A DNA stretch of 64,000 nucleotides, from contig CAVTRN010000002.1 of NCBI GenBank assembly GCA_963737155.1, forward strand, positions 512,001 through 576,000, in the 5' to 3' direction. The notes under the pieces are model-generated. The model ran no database searches. It was not told the origin of the DNA and saw only the letters and a list, made by a program, of their open reading frames with translations. The stretch's first letter is position 1; every line of letters begins with the position of its first letter. Below are positions 40,323 to 50,479 of this stretch, piece by piece. The position numbers and the translations under genes were made by a program. The stretch comes from Nitrospirota bacterium (GTDB lineage Bacteria; Nitrospirota; UBA9217).

Positions 40323-41924
40323 CTATGCCAAAGCAATCGGTTGGAGATAGAGATGCTCAAGGAAGAGGGTGTCGAAATCGGAACAGTTGGATAAACTTAC
40401 AATCACTGTACGACTCCTTAATTCCCGTAAACGGTCTTCTGCCTTGGGTAAGAGGAGTAAGGCCTCGCACCCGGAGAGTGACGTGTTCCCTGCGGTTACT
40501 ATCAGCTGTTCGGATATAGACGGCAGAAGCCCAATCTCCTGTGCATTGACAACATTGAGATATTGGCCGAAAACGCCACCAATGAATATGCGTCGTAACT
40601 CATGATATCCCATGCCCGCTTTCGTTAAGAGAACCTTGACACCTACTCCGATGGCGGCTTTGGCACGCTGGAACATGTCGATGTCTTTTTTGGTTAGAAC
40701 GATCTCCGGGTTGCCACGGCAAAGGGGAAAGCCGTATTCGGGAACGGACGGTGCAAATTGACCTTTATTGTTCAAGGTCCTGTTCCTGACGAGGCAGGCA
40801 AGCAGGTCAACTAAGCCGGAACCGCACAGACCTCGAGATTCAGCGCCGCCAATGACTTCGAATGCGAGTTCTTCTGGTGCATCCGAAACATTAACCCGGC
40901 AGATTGCACCCGGGTCTGCAGGTATCCCACAGCTTATGCCGCACCCCTCGAAAGCGGGACCGCCGGCAGCAGATGTCGCCCAAAGATTGTTCCCATCCCA
41001 TAGGGCCATTTCCGAATTGGTACCGAAATCAACTAAAAGGGTTCCAGGCTCACCTTCCATCAGTCGAGTTGATACGATGCCGGATAGAAGGTCGGAACCG
41101 ACAAAGCCCGCCAGAGGCGGAATGACCTCGATAGCCGTTTCGGGTTTAATACCCCAACTTACGCCCCAGGAGGCCATATCCGCAGGGAGGCAGTCAATAG
41201 ATTCGGTCCAATAGCGTGGATCGAGCAGATTGAGATAGTTTTTCCCCGTCAAGAGAGCAATCATCGCAGTATTACCCACTAGGACAATACGCGCCACTTG
41301 ACGCAGGTCAATTCCTTCTCTATAACTGATATCATTTAACCCATCACCTATTGCTTGAATAACCTGGCGGCTCAGCTTTTCAGCCTGATCGATGGATTTT
41401 GCTGCAATCAAGCGTGTCAGGACATCGGACCCCGATGATGCTTGAGGATTCGGACCGCGGCGTCCCGACAAGCGGCGGCCAGTGACAAGATCCAATAACG
41501 TAATTGATATGTGGGTAGTTCCGAGATCAACAGCTACTCCGAGGGAGTGTCTGAACTGCGAATAGGGCGCCCGTGGCTTGCTTGGGGGAGATGCTGTGCC
41601 CGTTCCTTCGCTAAGGTAACGCCAGACGGATGGGGGCGCCGGGCTGAGAATCTCAATCTGAAGATCGTGAATAGCTTTAACTTGGCAGGCAAGCCGCACC
41701 CCCTGAGAAAGTAACACGGTGCCGAGGCTGGCCAGTTCATTCAGGGAAGGTTCGTCAACATGTCCGGCTGCGATTCTGATGCGGCACAGGCCGCAGGCTC
41801 CCGTGCCGTTACATCCGGCACGGACCCGAATGTCAGCTTCATCGAGGACATCACGGACAGAACGACCGGACACAAACGTTATGTGCCGATCTTTATCTGA
41901 TAGTTTTACGGTTAGAATCGGCAC
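40323..41924 (-). CDS. corrinoid reductive activator (RACo/RamA-like ASKHA ATPase with 2Fe-2S domain)
   Basis: CNGTGACGLC..RLAC, VDLGTT, GFVGSD, DFGTNSE, AGGPAFEG, GLCGSG. Confidence 0.93.
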   Translation of the reverse strand: MPILTVKLSDKDRHITFVSGRSVRDVLDEADIRVRAGCNGTGACGLCRIRIAAGHVDEPSLNELASLGTVLLSQGVRLACQVKAIHDLQIEILSPAPPSVWRYLSEGTGTASPPSKPRAPYSQFRHSLGVAVDLGTTHISITLLDLVTGRRLSGRRGPNPQASSGSDVLTRLIAAKSIDQAEKLSRQVIQAIGDGLNDISYREGIDLRQVARIVLVGNTAMIALLTGKNYLNLLDPRYWTESIDCLPADMASWGVSWGIKPETAIEVIPPLAGFVGSDLLSGIVSTRLMEGEPGTLLVDFGTNSEMALWDGNNLWATSAAGGPAFEGCGISCGIPADPGAICRVNVSDAPEELAFEVIGGAESRGLCGSGLVDLLACLVRNRTLNNKGQFAPSVPEYGFPLCRGNPEIVLTKKDIDMFQRAKAAIGVGVKVLLTKAGMGYHELRRIFIGGVFGQYLNVVNAQEIGLLPSISEQLIVTAGNTSLSGCEALLLLPKAEDRLRELRSRTVIVSLSNCSDFDTLFLEHLYLQPIALA

Positions 41925-41928
41925 TAAA

Positions 41929-42942
41929 TTACCTCTTGGCGTGTGAGGCTGAGACCATCGCGCTTACGTTCTCAGGTTTGGATTCCGGCGGGATCTCACA
42001 ACCGGAAGAGAGAATAAAGCCGCCGCGTGTACTGAATAGTTCTAGCAATCTGGTCGATTCGTCAGCAATCTCGTGAGGCATCGCTTCGACAAAGGATAGT
42101 GATTTGATGTTGCCGTCGAGGCAGGTCCGCGGCAGAATTTGCTGAGCACTCAGCGGATCGATGCAATAATCGAAATTGGCGATTTCCACTCCGGCTTCAG
42201 GGTAATAAGGACAGATCGTGCCAGCCGGACCCGCAATGTGAATCCAGTTGGCGAGCGATCCCGCTGACTTGAATGCAGCAAATATTTTTTTGAGGCGGGG
42301 AAGTTCGAACTCGCGGAAAAACTGGGGGGGCACTACGGCTGGCGAGGCAGAAGGGTCGAATACCAATGGTACATGAGCCCCTGCTTCGATCTGCGTCAGG
42401 CCAAAAGTGATTGCTACTTCTCCGGCGAAGTCAAGAAATCGGCCAAACAAATCGGGATCGTCTACAGCAAGGAAGAGAGTCTTTTCCGGCCCCATCAGCT
42501 GCATTGCCAACGTCATCGGTCCTAACACACAGCCGACAATCAGGACCTCGTTTCCAAGTTTACTCCGCATAATCCGTGCTGCCTTGAGCATTTCCGTCAT
42601 ACGCCCACTCCGTTTGGGGTCCGGTATGGCCAGTTTACCCACTTCTTTGGCATTCTCAATGGCATATCGCTCGACACAAGGGTACATATCGTCGCGGTAG
42701 ATTAAGCGAGAACCTATTGCTTCGGTCTCCACGCTGGTATCCATGAGTGTAAAGACAGCATCGTAGCCATAGTGATCCAGTGCCCTCAACTGACAGCTCG
42801 CTAACAGCTCGCCGTCTCTGACATACTGTCTCAGAGGTACATTAGTAAGAACGGCGGCATGACCAAAAACTTGGGCAATCACCGGGACGCGGTCGGGTTT
42901 TCCAAAGCTCATTGCGGTCTGAATCCGTTCGATGCTGTTCAT
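41929..42942 (-). CDS. MtaA/CmuA-like methyltransferase (uroporphyrinogen decarboxylase fold)
   Basis: PDRVPV, EAIGS, GPMTLA, FDPSAS, FREFELP, HIAG, GNI, FILSSGCEIP. Confidence 0.9.
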   Translation of the reverse strand: MNSIERIQTAMSFGKPDRVPVIAQVFGHAAVLTNVPLRQYVRDGELLASCQLRALDHYGYDAVFTLMDTSVETEAIGSRLIYRDDMYPCVERYAIENAKEVGKLAIPDPKRSGRMTEMLKAARIMRSKLGNEVLIVGCVLGPMTLAMQLMGPEKTLFLAVDDPDLFGRFLDFAGEVAITFGLTQIEAGAHVPLVFDPSASPAVVPPQFFREFELPRLKKIFAAFKSAGSLANWIHIAGPAGTICPYYPEAGVEIANFDYCIDPLSAQQILPRTCLDGNIKSLSFVEAMPHEIADESTRLLELFSTRGGFILSSGCEIPPESKPENVSAMVSASHAKR

Positions 42943-43577
42943 CGAGTTTCCTTGGGTTGATGTTCAAGGTAGTGTAGGCCGTCAAAGACGGAATCCGCAA
43001 CAAAATCCACATTGAGAGCATTCGCGGAGGCCTGCTTCAATGCCGCGCCTCCCGCCAGCACCGTCACCTTTGCCAGTCCACGCGTTCGCGCTAGGGGAAT
43101 AACCTGCCTCACTAATGGTATGACGCTTGTTATGAGGCCGCTTATACAAATTACCGCTGCTTCTTCCCGTACGGCTGCTTCAACCAGCTTCTCGACCGGA
43201 CAATCCTTGCCGCAATCAACAACCCGGTATCCCTTGGCGATCATAATCGTCTTAACGATATTTTTCCCCAAGTCATGAACATCGCCCTCAAGGCTTGCCA
43301 ATACGATGGTTTCTCGTGTGGCTGATGGAGGTCCATCAGGATAAAGTGTCTTGATAACCCCCATCGCTGCCCGGCCGACAAGCATTATTTCAAGCAGGTT
43401 GAACTGCTCCACGGTGCATTTTGCATCAAGCCGCACCATGACAGACTCAATACCGTCGATAATGATCTGCTCATTGCTAATGCCAACATTTCGCAGTCTG
43501 GTTACCTCGGCTATAGCCCCTGTCTGATCCCCCTCCATCAAAGCATTAATAAGTTGGTCCATAGATTGTTTCTTCAT
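42939..43577 (-). CDS. corrinoid (B12-binding) protein, MtaC-like
   Basis: Cap domain plus EGDVHDLGKNIV (DxHxxG), SGL, GGA. Confidence 0.93.
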   Translation of the reverse strand: MKKQSMDQLINALMEGDQTGAIAEVTRLRNVGISNEQIIIDGIESVMVRLDAKCTVEQFNLLEIMLVGRAAMGVIKTLYPDGPPSATRETIVLASLEGDVHDLGKNIVKTIMIAKGYRVVDCGKDCPVEKLVEAAVREEAAVICISGLITSVIPLVRQVIPLARTRGLAKVTVLAGGAALKQASANALNVDFVADSVFDGLHYLEHQPKETR

Positions 43578-43830
43578 AAGACATACCCTCTACCGTTTAC
43601 AGGATGAGAAATCACTGCCTTGAATTCATATAACAATTTAATGGCGGACGCATCATGATATCGCTCTGTAATTTCAATGTCAATGCAAAATCCGGCGGGG
43701 GATTAGGATATGAAATTTTCAGGGCATCTTTATAGTTCAGGGACTCGATCAAACTAGCAGGTATTACTTTCTTACTAGCATTTCCCCACTCAAGATGTGT
43801 ATTAAAAACATCTACATTCAAAAATAGACT

Positions 43831-43859
43831 TTGACAGGGAAGAAATTAAGTGGTACTCA
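43831..43859 (+). promoter_or_regulatory. putative sigma70 promoter for the riboswitch leader
   Basis: TTGACA, 17-bp spacer, TG-extended TACTCA, about 20 nt before the aptamer. Confidence 0.5.
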
Positions 43860-43880
43860 TTAGCAAATAATCAAAGATAT

Positions 43881-43963
43881 TTCCCGACAAAGCTGACCTC
43901 TTCGCGAGAAGGGCGAAGAAAGCGGCGGGTCTTGAGATAAGATGGCCGAGCCGCCGAAGGAAA
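43881..43963 (+). ncRNA. cyclic di-GMP-I (GEMM-I) riboswitch aptamer
   Basis: CGACAAA-G-CU..CUCUUC-GCGA-GAAGGG..AG-AAAGC..GGGUCU..AGAUGGCCGAGCCGCCGA fits the GEMM-I layout (GNRA-capped P2, AAAG junction, P3). Confidence 0.82.
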
Positions 43964-43989
43964 AACCTTAGGCGAGCTCGGCTTTTTTT
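43945..43989 (+). terminator. intrinsic terminator overlapping the aptamer 3' strand
   Basis: GCCGAGCCGCC..AAGG-AAAA-CCTT..GGCGAGCTCGGC followed by T7. Confidence 0.85.
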
Positions 43990-44271
43990 CTGCATCCCGG
44001 ATGCCGTCCGCTATATCTGGGGAAAAACGGGGTATTTGGCATGTATTCGATAATTACAATCTGGCAATCTGACAAACGGCACACGGGACATACAGCGCGA
44101 AGTAGAGCCTGGACAGCTACCTAAAGACAGGCGGTCTTGAATTCGTCGCTCTAATTTGTTTAAATCCAAGCATCGAAAATCTAGCTCAATCGAGTATTAT
44201 GTGGGTGTGGAATAAAGCGCCGAATAAAATTAAAGACTGATAATGTCGGCGACAAATTGGAGGTGCGGCGC

Positions 44272-45903
44272 GTGGAACAGAAGACGGTCCTTGTCGTCGA
44301 AGACAGCATTGCCGATGCAGAGCTGGTTAGGCGCATGCTGATGGCATCCGATGGTGAATTTGCTGTAAGTAGCGCTGTTAGGCTGTCGACGGCGTCTGGC
44401 CTTCTCGAATCGAAGTCGTTCGACGCCGTAATCATCGATTTGAACCTCCCCGATAGCACGGGGCTTGACACCCTTCGAAAGATTCAGGAAAAAGCCTCGC
44501 ATTCCGCTATTGTCGTTTTGGCCAGTTATGCTGATGAAAATGCAGGTGTGGACGCTGTGGAAGTAGGTGCACAGGACTATCTCGTAAAGGACCATTTGAA
44601 GTCTGATGTTATTCACCGCGTCGTCCGGTATGCTATCGGTCGTAAACAGGTACAAGTACGTTTGCAGAAGTCTGAGGAATTGAGCGAGGCCCGCAACAGG
44701 ATAAACGATCTGATAAGTTCAACGCTGGACTTCGAGGAAATACTGAACCGTGTCATCGGAGAAGCGGCAAAATCCATCGGCGCTGAGGCCGCGTTGATTG
44801 GCCGATATGATGAAGGCGGATTTACTGTCAGATGCAATTATGGTCCGCTTGTCGGATTAAAGGACTTAGTTCTGCCGCAGGAAGAATTCAGAGCCTTTGC
44901 TACCCTGGAGAAGAATGGGATACCGATCATATCCGTTGACGCGCAGACGGACGAGCGCATCAACTCAGAAGTGGCGAAAAGGTATGGTGTCCACGCGGCT
45001 TTATTCTTCCCCCTGTTTGTGAATGGTTCGGTTACGGGGGCATTGGCTTGTTTTAATCTTTCGGTCCGTTTCTTCGACGACATCGAGGTTGATTCGGCTA
45101 GAAAAATATCGGCTTCTCTTTCCCTCGCCCTTGAAAACGCCCAACTCTACAAAGAATGCAGGGTCGCAGAAGATAATCTGAGGAAAAAGTCGATAGAACT
45201 CGAGAAGAAATCGAGTGAACTTGAGTTAAGCAACAGGGAACTCGAACAGTTTGCATCCGTTGCATCCCATGATCTACAGGAACCCCTGATTTCGTTCGCG
45301 AGCGAAATCAAACTGAGCCTGATACGGTTAAAAGGCAAGGCAGACGAGGAAGCGCTCCGGTACCTGTCCAATGCTTTGACTAATGCGGTAAACATGCAAA
45401 AAATGGTTCGGAACCTACTTGCATATTCACACGTTGGCAGGCATCCATCCTTTGAGAGTACGGACCTCGAAAAAGTTCTCGAGCTTGCCATCAACAATCT
45501 CAGATATTTTATTGAAGAATCAGGGGCTGTCGTTACTCATGACCCTCTCCCCCGGCTCTTTGTCGATCCTATCCTTGTTTCTCGGCTTTTTCAAAACCTC
45601 GTGGGCAATGCCATCAAGTACCGGTCTGGGAGGCCGCCGGAAGTCCATATCACAGTTGATTATCGAGACGGTGAACACATCTTTTGTGTTAAAGACAACG
45701 GAATGGGAATGCCGGTAGATTACGCAGACACGGTATTTCAGCTATTTAGGAGAATCCCCGGAGTAAATCGGACGTTAGGCAGCGGCATAGGGCTGGCCAC
45801 ATGCAAGAAGATCGTAGAACTGCACGGCGGCAGGATCTGGGTGGAGTCGGCAGAGGGAAAGGGGTCCAGCTTCTTCTTCGTACTTCCTGCAGCCATGAAA
45901 TAG
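44272..45903 (+). CDS. REC-GAF histidine kinase
   Basis: REC (VEDS, DLNLPD, DYLVK), GAF, ASHDLQEPL, NLVGNAIKY, DNGMG, GIGLA; GTG start with GGAGG. Confidence 0.93.
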   Translation: MEQKTVLVVEDSIADAELVRRMLMASDGEFAVSSAVRLSTASGLLESKSFDAVIIDLNLPDSTGLDTLRKIQEKASHSAIVVLASYADENAGVDAVEVGAQDYLVKDHLKSDVIHRVVRYAIGRKQVQVRLQKSEELSEARNRINDLISSTLDFEEILNRVIGEAAKSIGAEAALIGRYDEGGFTVRCNYGPLVGLKDLVLPQEEFRAFATLEKNGIPIISVDAQTDERINSEVAKRYGVHAALFFPLFVNGSVTGALACFNLSVRFFDDIEVDSARKISASLSLALENAQLYKECRVAEDNLRKKSIELEKKSSELELSNRELEQFASVASHDLQEPLISFASEIKLSLIRLKGKADEEALRYLSNALTNAVNMQKMVRNLLAYSHVGRHPSFESTDLEKVLELAINNLRYFIEESGAVVTHDPLPRLFVDPILVSRLFQNLVGNAIKYRSGRPPEVHITVDYRDGEHIFCVKDNGMGMPVDYADTVFQLFRRIPGVNRTLGSGIGLATCKKIVELHGGRIWVESAEGKGSSFFFVLPAAMK

Positions 45904-46307
45904 CTTGCCCAAGAAAAAATACAGTTTCGATCAACAAACAGCTTTTATGGATTGAAGCTATCCTTGCAGGTCAAATTGTATTTATTTTGTCAGTTTGAAA
46001 TCATCCGAAGCCTGCCTGCTCATAACTGGAACTGCTCGGAAGTGCGTCTGACTGCGTTCGTATAATCCATGGCAGACAAGCTTGTAAAATACCAGCGTAG
46101 CGTTACATGGAATCCTGTTGGAAATTTGGTTTTCCATTCTTTTCTACTAATACTCTTGGTCCTCCGCTTCCTTTTGGCACAGTGTAACAGATTGGTTATC
46201 TCTAGGTGGAGCAGATTATGGGAGGATATAATTCGGGGCAATTTATATGAATTTTCCATACTTACGAATTGCCCTAATCGGATCCGCCTTGATTTTACGA
46301 CGAATCG

Positions 46308-46832
46308 TTACGCATCTCTTATTTTTTGCACTGCCATGATCGTTTTCATGGTCTCACGCATGAACGCCGGAAGGTCCGACGGCTGGCGCGAGGTCACGAG
46401 ATTTCCATCCACGACCACCTCTTTGTCCTCGTAAATCGCGCCTGACTCTTTCAACTCTTCTGCGACGGTCCGGTAACAGGTGGCATGTTTGCCCTTTAGC
46501 AGCCCCGCGGTAATAAGTGTCTGCGGTCCATGGCAAATAGCGGCAATGGGCTTGCCCTTCAGGAAGAAGTCCCGTGCAATCTCCACCGCTCTCGGTTCTT
46601 TTCGCACCACCTCGGGCGCCTTACCGCCTGGCAGTACCAGGATGTCATAGTCGTCGGGCTTTACCTCTATCAAGGTTTTCGTCACATTGACTTCGTAACC
46701 GTGCTTTCCCTTGATCGTTTCCTTCTTCATGGACGCAATGTCCACCTCGAGCCCTTCTTCCAGTAGCCGATAATAGGGAACAAGAAGTTCTGAATCCTCA
46801 AACCTGTCTGCGCTGATCAATAGTGCCTTCAT
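46308..46832 (-). CDS. PfpI/DJ-1 family protein (class I glutamine amidotransferase-like)
   Basis: FEDSE, LPGG, AICHGP, VVVDGNLVTSRQP.DL. Confidence 0.93.
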   Translation of the reverse strand: MKALLISADRFEDSELLVPYYRLLEEGLEVDIASMKKETIKGKHGYEVNVTKTLIEVKPDDYDILVLPGGKAPEVVRKEPRAVEIARDFFLKGKPIAAICHGPQTLITAGLLKGKHATCYRTVAEELKESGAIYEDKEVVVDGNLVTSRQPSDLPAFMRETMKTIMAVQKIRDA

Positions 46833-47106
46833 GGGATCACCTCTCTTATTTTCAATCTCAAATATTGCAACGGTTCGACATCCATTTCCCCGGAACGGAT
46901 TCCGCCGAGGCAAACTTAGTCAATCTACTTCATCTGAATTGAGAGGTGCAAATATGAACTATTCTACTAAAACATGTGCACCCGTCAACGGTGATAATTC
47001 CTCTTTTGATAAATCTATCTTCCCCGTCAAACAAATCTGGAATGCTGCTTCAGGGATTAGTATGAAGCCCCAAAGATGTTGAAATCCGTGAGACAGCCTG
47101 CATATG

Positions 47107-47553
47107 TTACTCCTCGTCGCGACTCTGTTTCAACGCTTCCTTTAACAATTGAATGCTTCCTGTGAGTCCTCGACTTTTGAGAATAGTCCTGAACTTGGAG
47201 AACCAGGAATAGGTGAACGTGAGTGGAGAAAGCAGGTTTTTTTCTAGTGCGTAATCGTATTCCCATACCAACACGTGCCTTGCTCCGAGTTCTTTAAGGA
47301 TATTCCGGGTCTTCCAACGGTCCCGATCCAGCGAGTAGACGTTAATCGCGCTCGGATTTCCGTTCCAGTATTTTGCTCCCTCAATTTCGCCGGCATCAAT
47401 AAAAGGCGTCAGTTTTCCGGCAAGGTCCTTGATCCGGTCCTCGTCATCGAAAACGATCCATTTGCCTCCGCTTCGCGACCACGTCGATTTGTCGATTTCA
47501 CGCTGTGTATCAGGCAGGAGCCGAGTCCAGATATCATTTTTAATTTGACGCAT
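47107..47553 (-). CDS. hypothetical protein
   Basis: 148-aa ORF with RBS-like upstream sequence; GKWIVF..AKY..NVYS. Confidence 0.6.
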   Translation of the reverse strand: MRQIKNDIWTRLLPDTQREIDKSTWSRSGGKWIVFDDEDRIKDLAGKLTPFIDAGEIEGAKYWNGNPSAINVYSLDRDRWKTRNILKELGARHVLVWEYDYALEKNLLSPLTFTYSWFSKFRTILKSRGLTGSIQLLKEALKQSRDEE

Positions 47554-47924
47554 AATCTTTCTCTTTCCGTATCATGGCTGAAAATTGAACCTTTTTCATC
47601 TTCTGACTGCTTCGGCTGGTTGCATACAACTAATGACAACTATTATAAATATATCATTTTCTATCCTATAAAGAACATATCCCTGTTCTGATAAAAATGT
47701 TTATTAAATGAAGATTTTGCCTCAACTAAAAAATTTGAGCCTCAAACGATATAGCTTACGGCTGTTCGAAGTTGAAATATAAACACGGCTGAGACGAAGC
47801 AATCCGGACATACGCTGCAGCATTATTATGAACCCTGAGAGATGCCGTTTTGGATATTATGCCAATTTTCTCAATTATCTAACTTTAGTTATTTAAGAAC
47901 TATGCGGAAGAGTAGATCGCGTTC

Positions 47925-49448
47925 CAGGTTATACTGTTTTTAGTTGAAATTGAAAAGAGTGGCTCCCCCGTGGCATAATCCACGGTAGAGAGAGAAAAAA
48001 GAAAGGAGCCACTCAATGAAGGATACCACAAGGAAGAGAAAAAAGGCAATACGAGGAATTGAAGAGGCATACGGAAGGCGGGAGATCATCGAACAGATGT
48101 ATTGTGTCTTCGCAAAAGGGAAACAGGGTTTTGATGAATGCATGAAGGAAATGGGCAGAATGATGGCAGAGACGATCATGTACATCGAGCGGGAGGAGAT
48201 TGCCGGCCCCGACTACCAGCCTAACAGTCCCGATCTGCGGAAGTGGGCTAGCCAGGGCGGTTCCGTCTATATCGGCGATCAGAAGATCCCGGTGACCCAC
48301 CCTCGGCTTCGAGGTCCGGCGGGTGAGATTGTACTGCAGAGCTATCAGAAGATGAAAAAACCGGAAGTCTTCGCAGAAGAATTGCTTGGAAAGGTGCTTC
48401 GGGGCATATCATGCCGGAAGTATGCGGAGACAGTTGTAGATACGGCACGAGCATTTGGAGTGTCCGCCAGCACGGTATCGAGCCATATCGTCGCGGCAAC
48501 AGCAAAACAGCTTCAGGAGTTTAAGGAACGGTCACTCACGTCATTCGTTCCCTTTGCGGTCTTTTTAGACACTGTTCACCGCGGCGGAGAGGCATTCATC
48601 GTGGCGCTGGGGCTTGATATTGCCGGAAAGAAGCAGACATTGGGGTTCTGGCAGGGGGCGACGGAGAACCATGAACTGTGTGAAGAGCTGTTTTCTGATA
48701 TAGAGCGGCGGGGTCTGATACTTTCACGACGAATCATCTGGGTTACCGATGGCGGCAAGGGCGTAATCAAGGCACTCCGGGATCGCTTCGGTAAGAAACT
48801 CATCCATCAGCGGTGCACGATCCACAAGGACCGGAATATACAGCATCATTTGCCGAAGAAATACCGGAAAGGCGCACACTGGAGGTTCCGGACAGCCCTG
48901 GAGCAGAATAATTACGCGGACGCTCGTCAGATGCTTCTGGACATGGAGAAATGGCTTCGGGGCATTAATGAGTCGGCGGCTGATTCGCTCATGGAAGCGA
49001 TAGAAGACATTCTCACCCTTCATCGATTGAAGGTCCCCGCTCTCTTGAGGAAGACGTTGCATTCTACCAATCCTATCGAGAGCATGTTTTCCACGGTGAG
49101 AAAAGCAGAAGGCAATATAAAGCGCTACCGCGACAGCAAGATGATGCAGCGCTGGCTCGCTTCTGTCCTCTTATATGCTGAACAAGGATTCAGAAAGATC
49201 AAGGGCCACGCCTTCATCGCGGACGTGATGAAACGGATCGAAGCGGAAGAATTAAATGACCTAACAGTCAAAGAGGCTGCGTAAAGGGGGATGGTTAGGT
49301 ATGGCTCGGCCTCAGAAAACTCACATATGGCGATCCTACGAATCCGATTTTATAAACAGCGATGATTTACACCGTTGAACCGATAAAAATACTTTAGCCG
49401 AAGGGAACGGGCCACTCAGATAATTTCAACTAAAAGCTTGACCTCGTC
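47925..49448 (+). mobile_element. IS256-family insertion sequence
   Basis: 27-bp imperfect TIR sharing TTTTAGTTGAAATT; 8-bp TSD TCGCGTTC at 47917-47924 and 49449-49456. Confidence 0.92.
48016..49284 (+). CDS. IS256 transposase
   Basis: FLDTV, VTDGGKG, QRCTIHK.RN, STNPIES. Confidence 0.95.
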   Translation: MKDTTRKRKKAIRGIEEAYGRREIIEQMYCVFAKGKQGFDECMKEMGRMMAETIMYIEREEIAGPDYQPNSPDLRKWASQGGSVYIGDQKIPVTHPRLRGPAGEIVLQSYQKMKKPEVFAEELLGKVLRGISCRKYAETVVDTARAFGVSASTVSSHIVAATAKQLQEFKERSLTSFVPFAVFLDTVHRGGEAFIVALGLDIAGKKQTLGFWQGATENHELCEELFSDIERRGLILSRRIIWVTDGGKGVIKALRDRFGKKLIHQRCTIHKDRNIQHHLPKKYRKGAHWRFRTALEQNNYADARQMLLDMEKWLRGINESAADSLMEAIEDILTLHRLKVPALLRKTLHSTNPIESMFSTVRKAEGNIKRYRDSKMMQRWLASVLLYAEQGFRKIKGHAFIADVMKRIEAEELNDLTVKEAA

Positions 49449-49579
49449 TCGCGTTCTTTGGACAATATGTAAAGAACTCCGGCGGAATTACAGGGAGAAA
49501 ATAGATCACTCTGTGTGAAATAGGCTTGGGATAACAGAAGGGAACAAATATGCTGACAGAAGAAAAAATCAAAATGAGA

Positions 49580-50302
49580 TTAATGCCAATTAATTCCATT
49601 TGAACTTAAAAATCTCTGGGCTATTTTATGTCCCAATTTAGCAGCTATCTTGATATTTTGTATAAACATGTTGTAGTTCCCTAATATGTTATAAATAACC
49701 CCTCTATTATAGTATGCCTCGGCTTCTTTCGGATTTAGTTCGATAGCTTTATTGTAATCATCGATAGCCTGTTGATAATTTTTTAAATTGCCGTAAAGAG
49801 TTCCTCGATTATTATATGCATCCGCAAATTTCGGATTTAGTTCTATCGCTTTATTGTAATCATTGATAGACTGCTGATTGTCTCCTAAAGCGCTGTACGC
49901 ATTTCCACGGGTACTGTACGCCTCGGCATCTTTCGGATTTAGTTCTATTGCCTTGCTGTAATCATCGATTGCCTGCTGATGGTTTCCCAACGCTTCATAA
50001 GCATTTCCGCGATTATAGTATGCACCCGTAATATTCGGATTTAGTTTTATTGATTGGTTGAAATCAAAGATTGCCTGCTGAAGACTTCCTATGGTTTCAT
50101 AAGCATTCCCACGATAATAGTAAGCCAACGCATCCTTCGGATTCCGTTTTATCTCTTTGCTGTAATCTTTGATGGTATGCTGGATGCCTAATATGCTTTT
50201 ATTTTCCACACAAGCGATATTGATAAAAGACTGAGAGACTGTAAATATAATGACTGCCGCGACCAATTTCTGTTTATTGTTTGCCATGAGCTGTCCCTCC
50301 AT
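49580..50302 (-). CDS. exported TPR-repeat protein
   Basis: About five 34-aa TPRs (AYYNRG..AIDDY.KAIELNPK); hydrophobic N-terminus; AT-rich. Confidence 0.9.
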   Translation of the reverse strand: MEGQLMANNKQKLVAAVIIFTVSQSFINIACVENKSILGIQHTIKDYSKEIKRNPKDALAYYYRGNAYETIGSLQQAIFDFNQSIKLNPNITGAYYNRGNAYEALGNHQQAIDDYSKAIELNPKDAEAYSTRGNAYSALGDNQQSINDYNKAIELNPKFADAYNNRGTLYGNLKNYQQAIDDYNKAIELNPKEAEAYYNRGVIYNILGNYNMFIQNIKIAAKLGHKIAQRFLSSNGINWH

Positions 50303-50479
50303 CTAGGGAACGATTATTCCTAGGTGCTGAGCGAAGTAAAAATAGATACTCAGCGGAACCGGTTCCAGATTTTGGTCCCGGCGATTTACCCAGTGTATGA
50401 TATAAAAGCGACTAGAAGCCATTCTCCGTTACGATAACCATATGAATTACTCATAGTCAATTTCGTTTTGGGGTTTATA

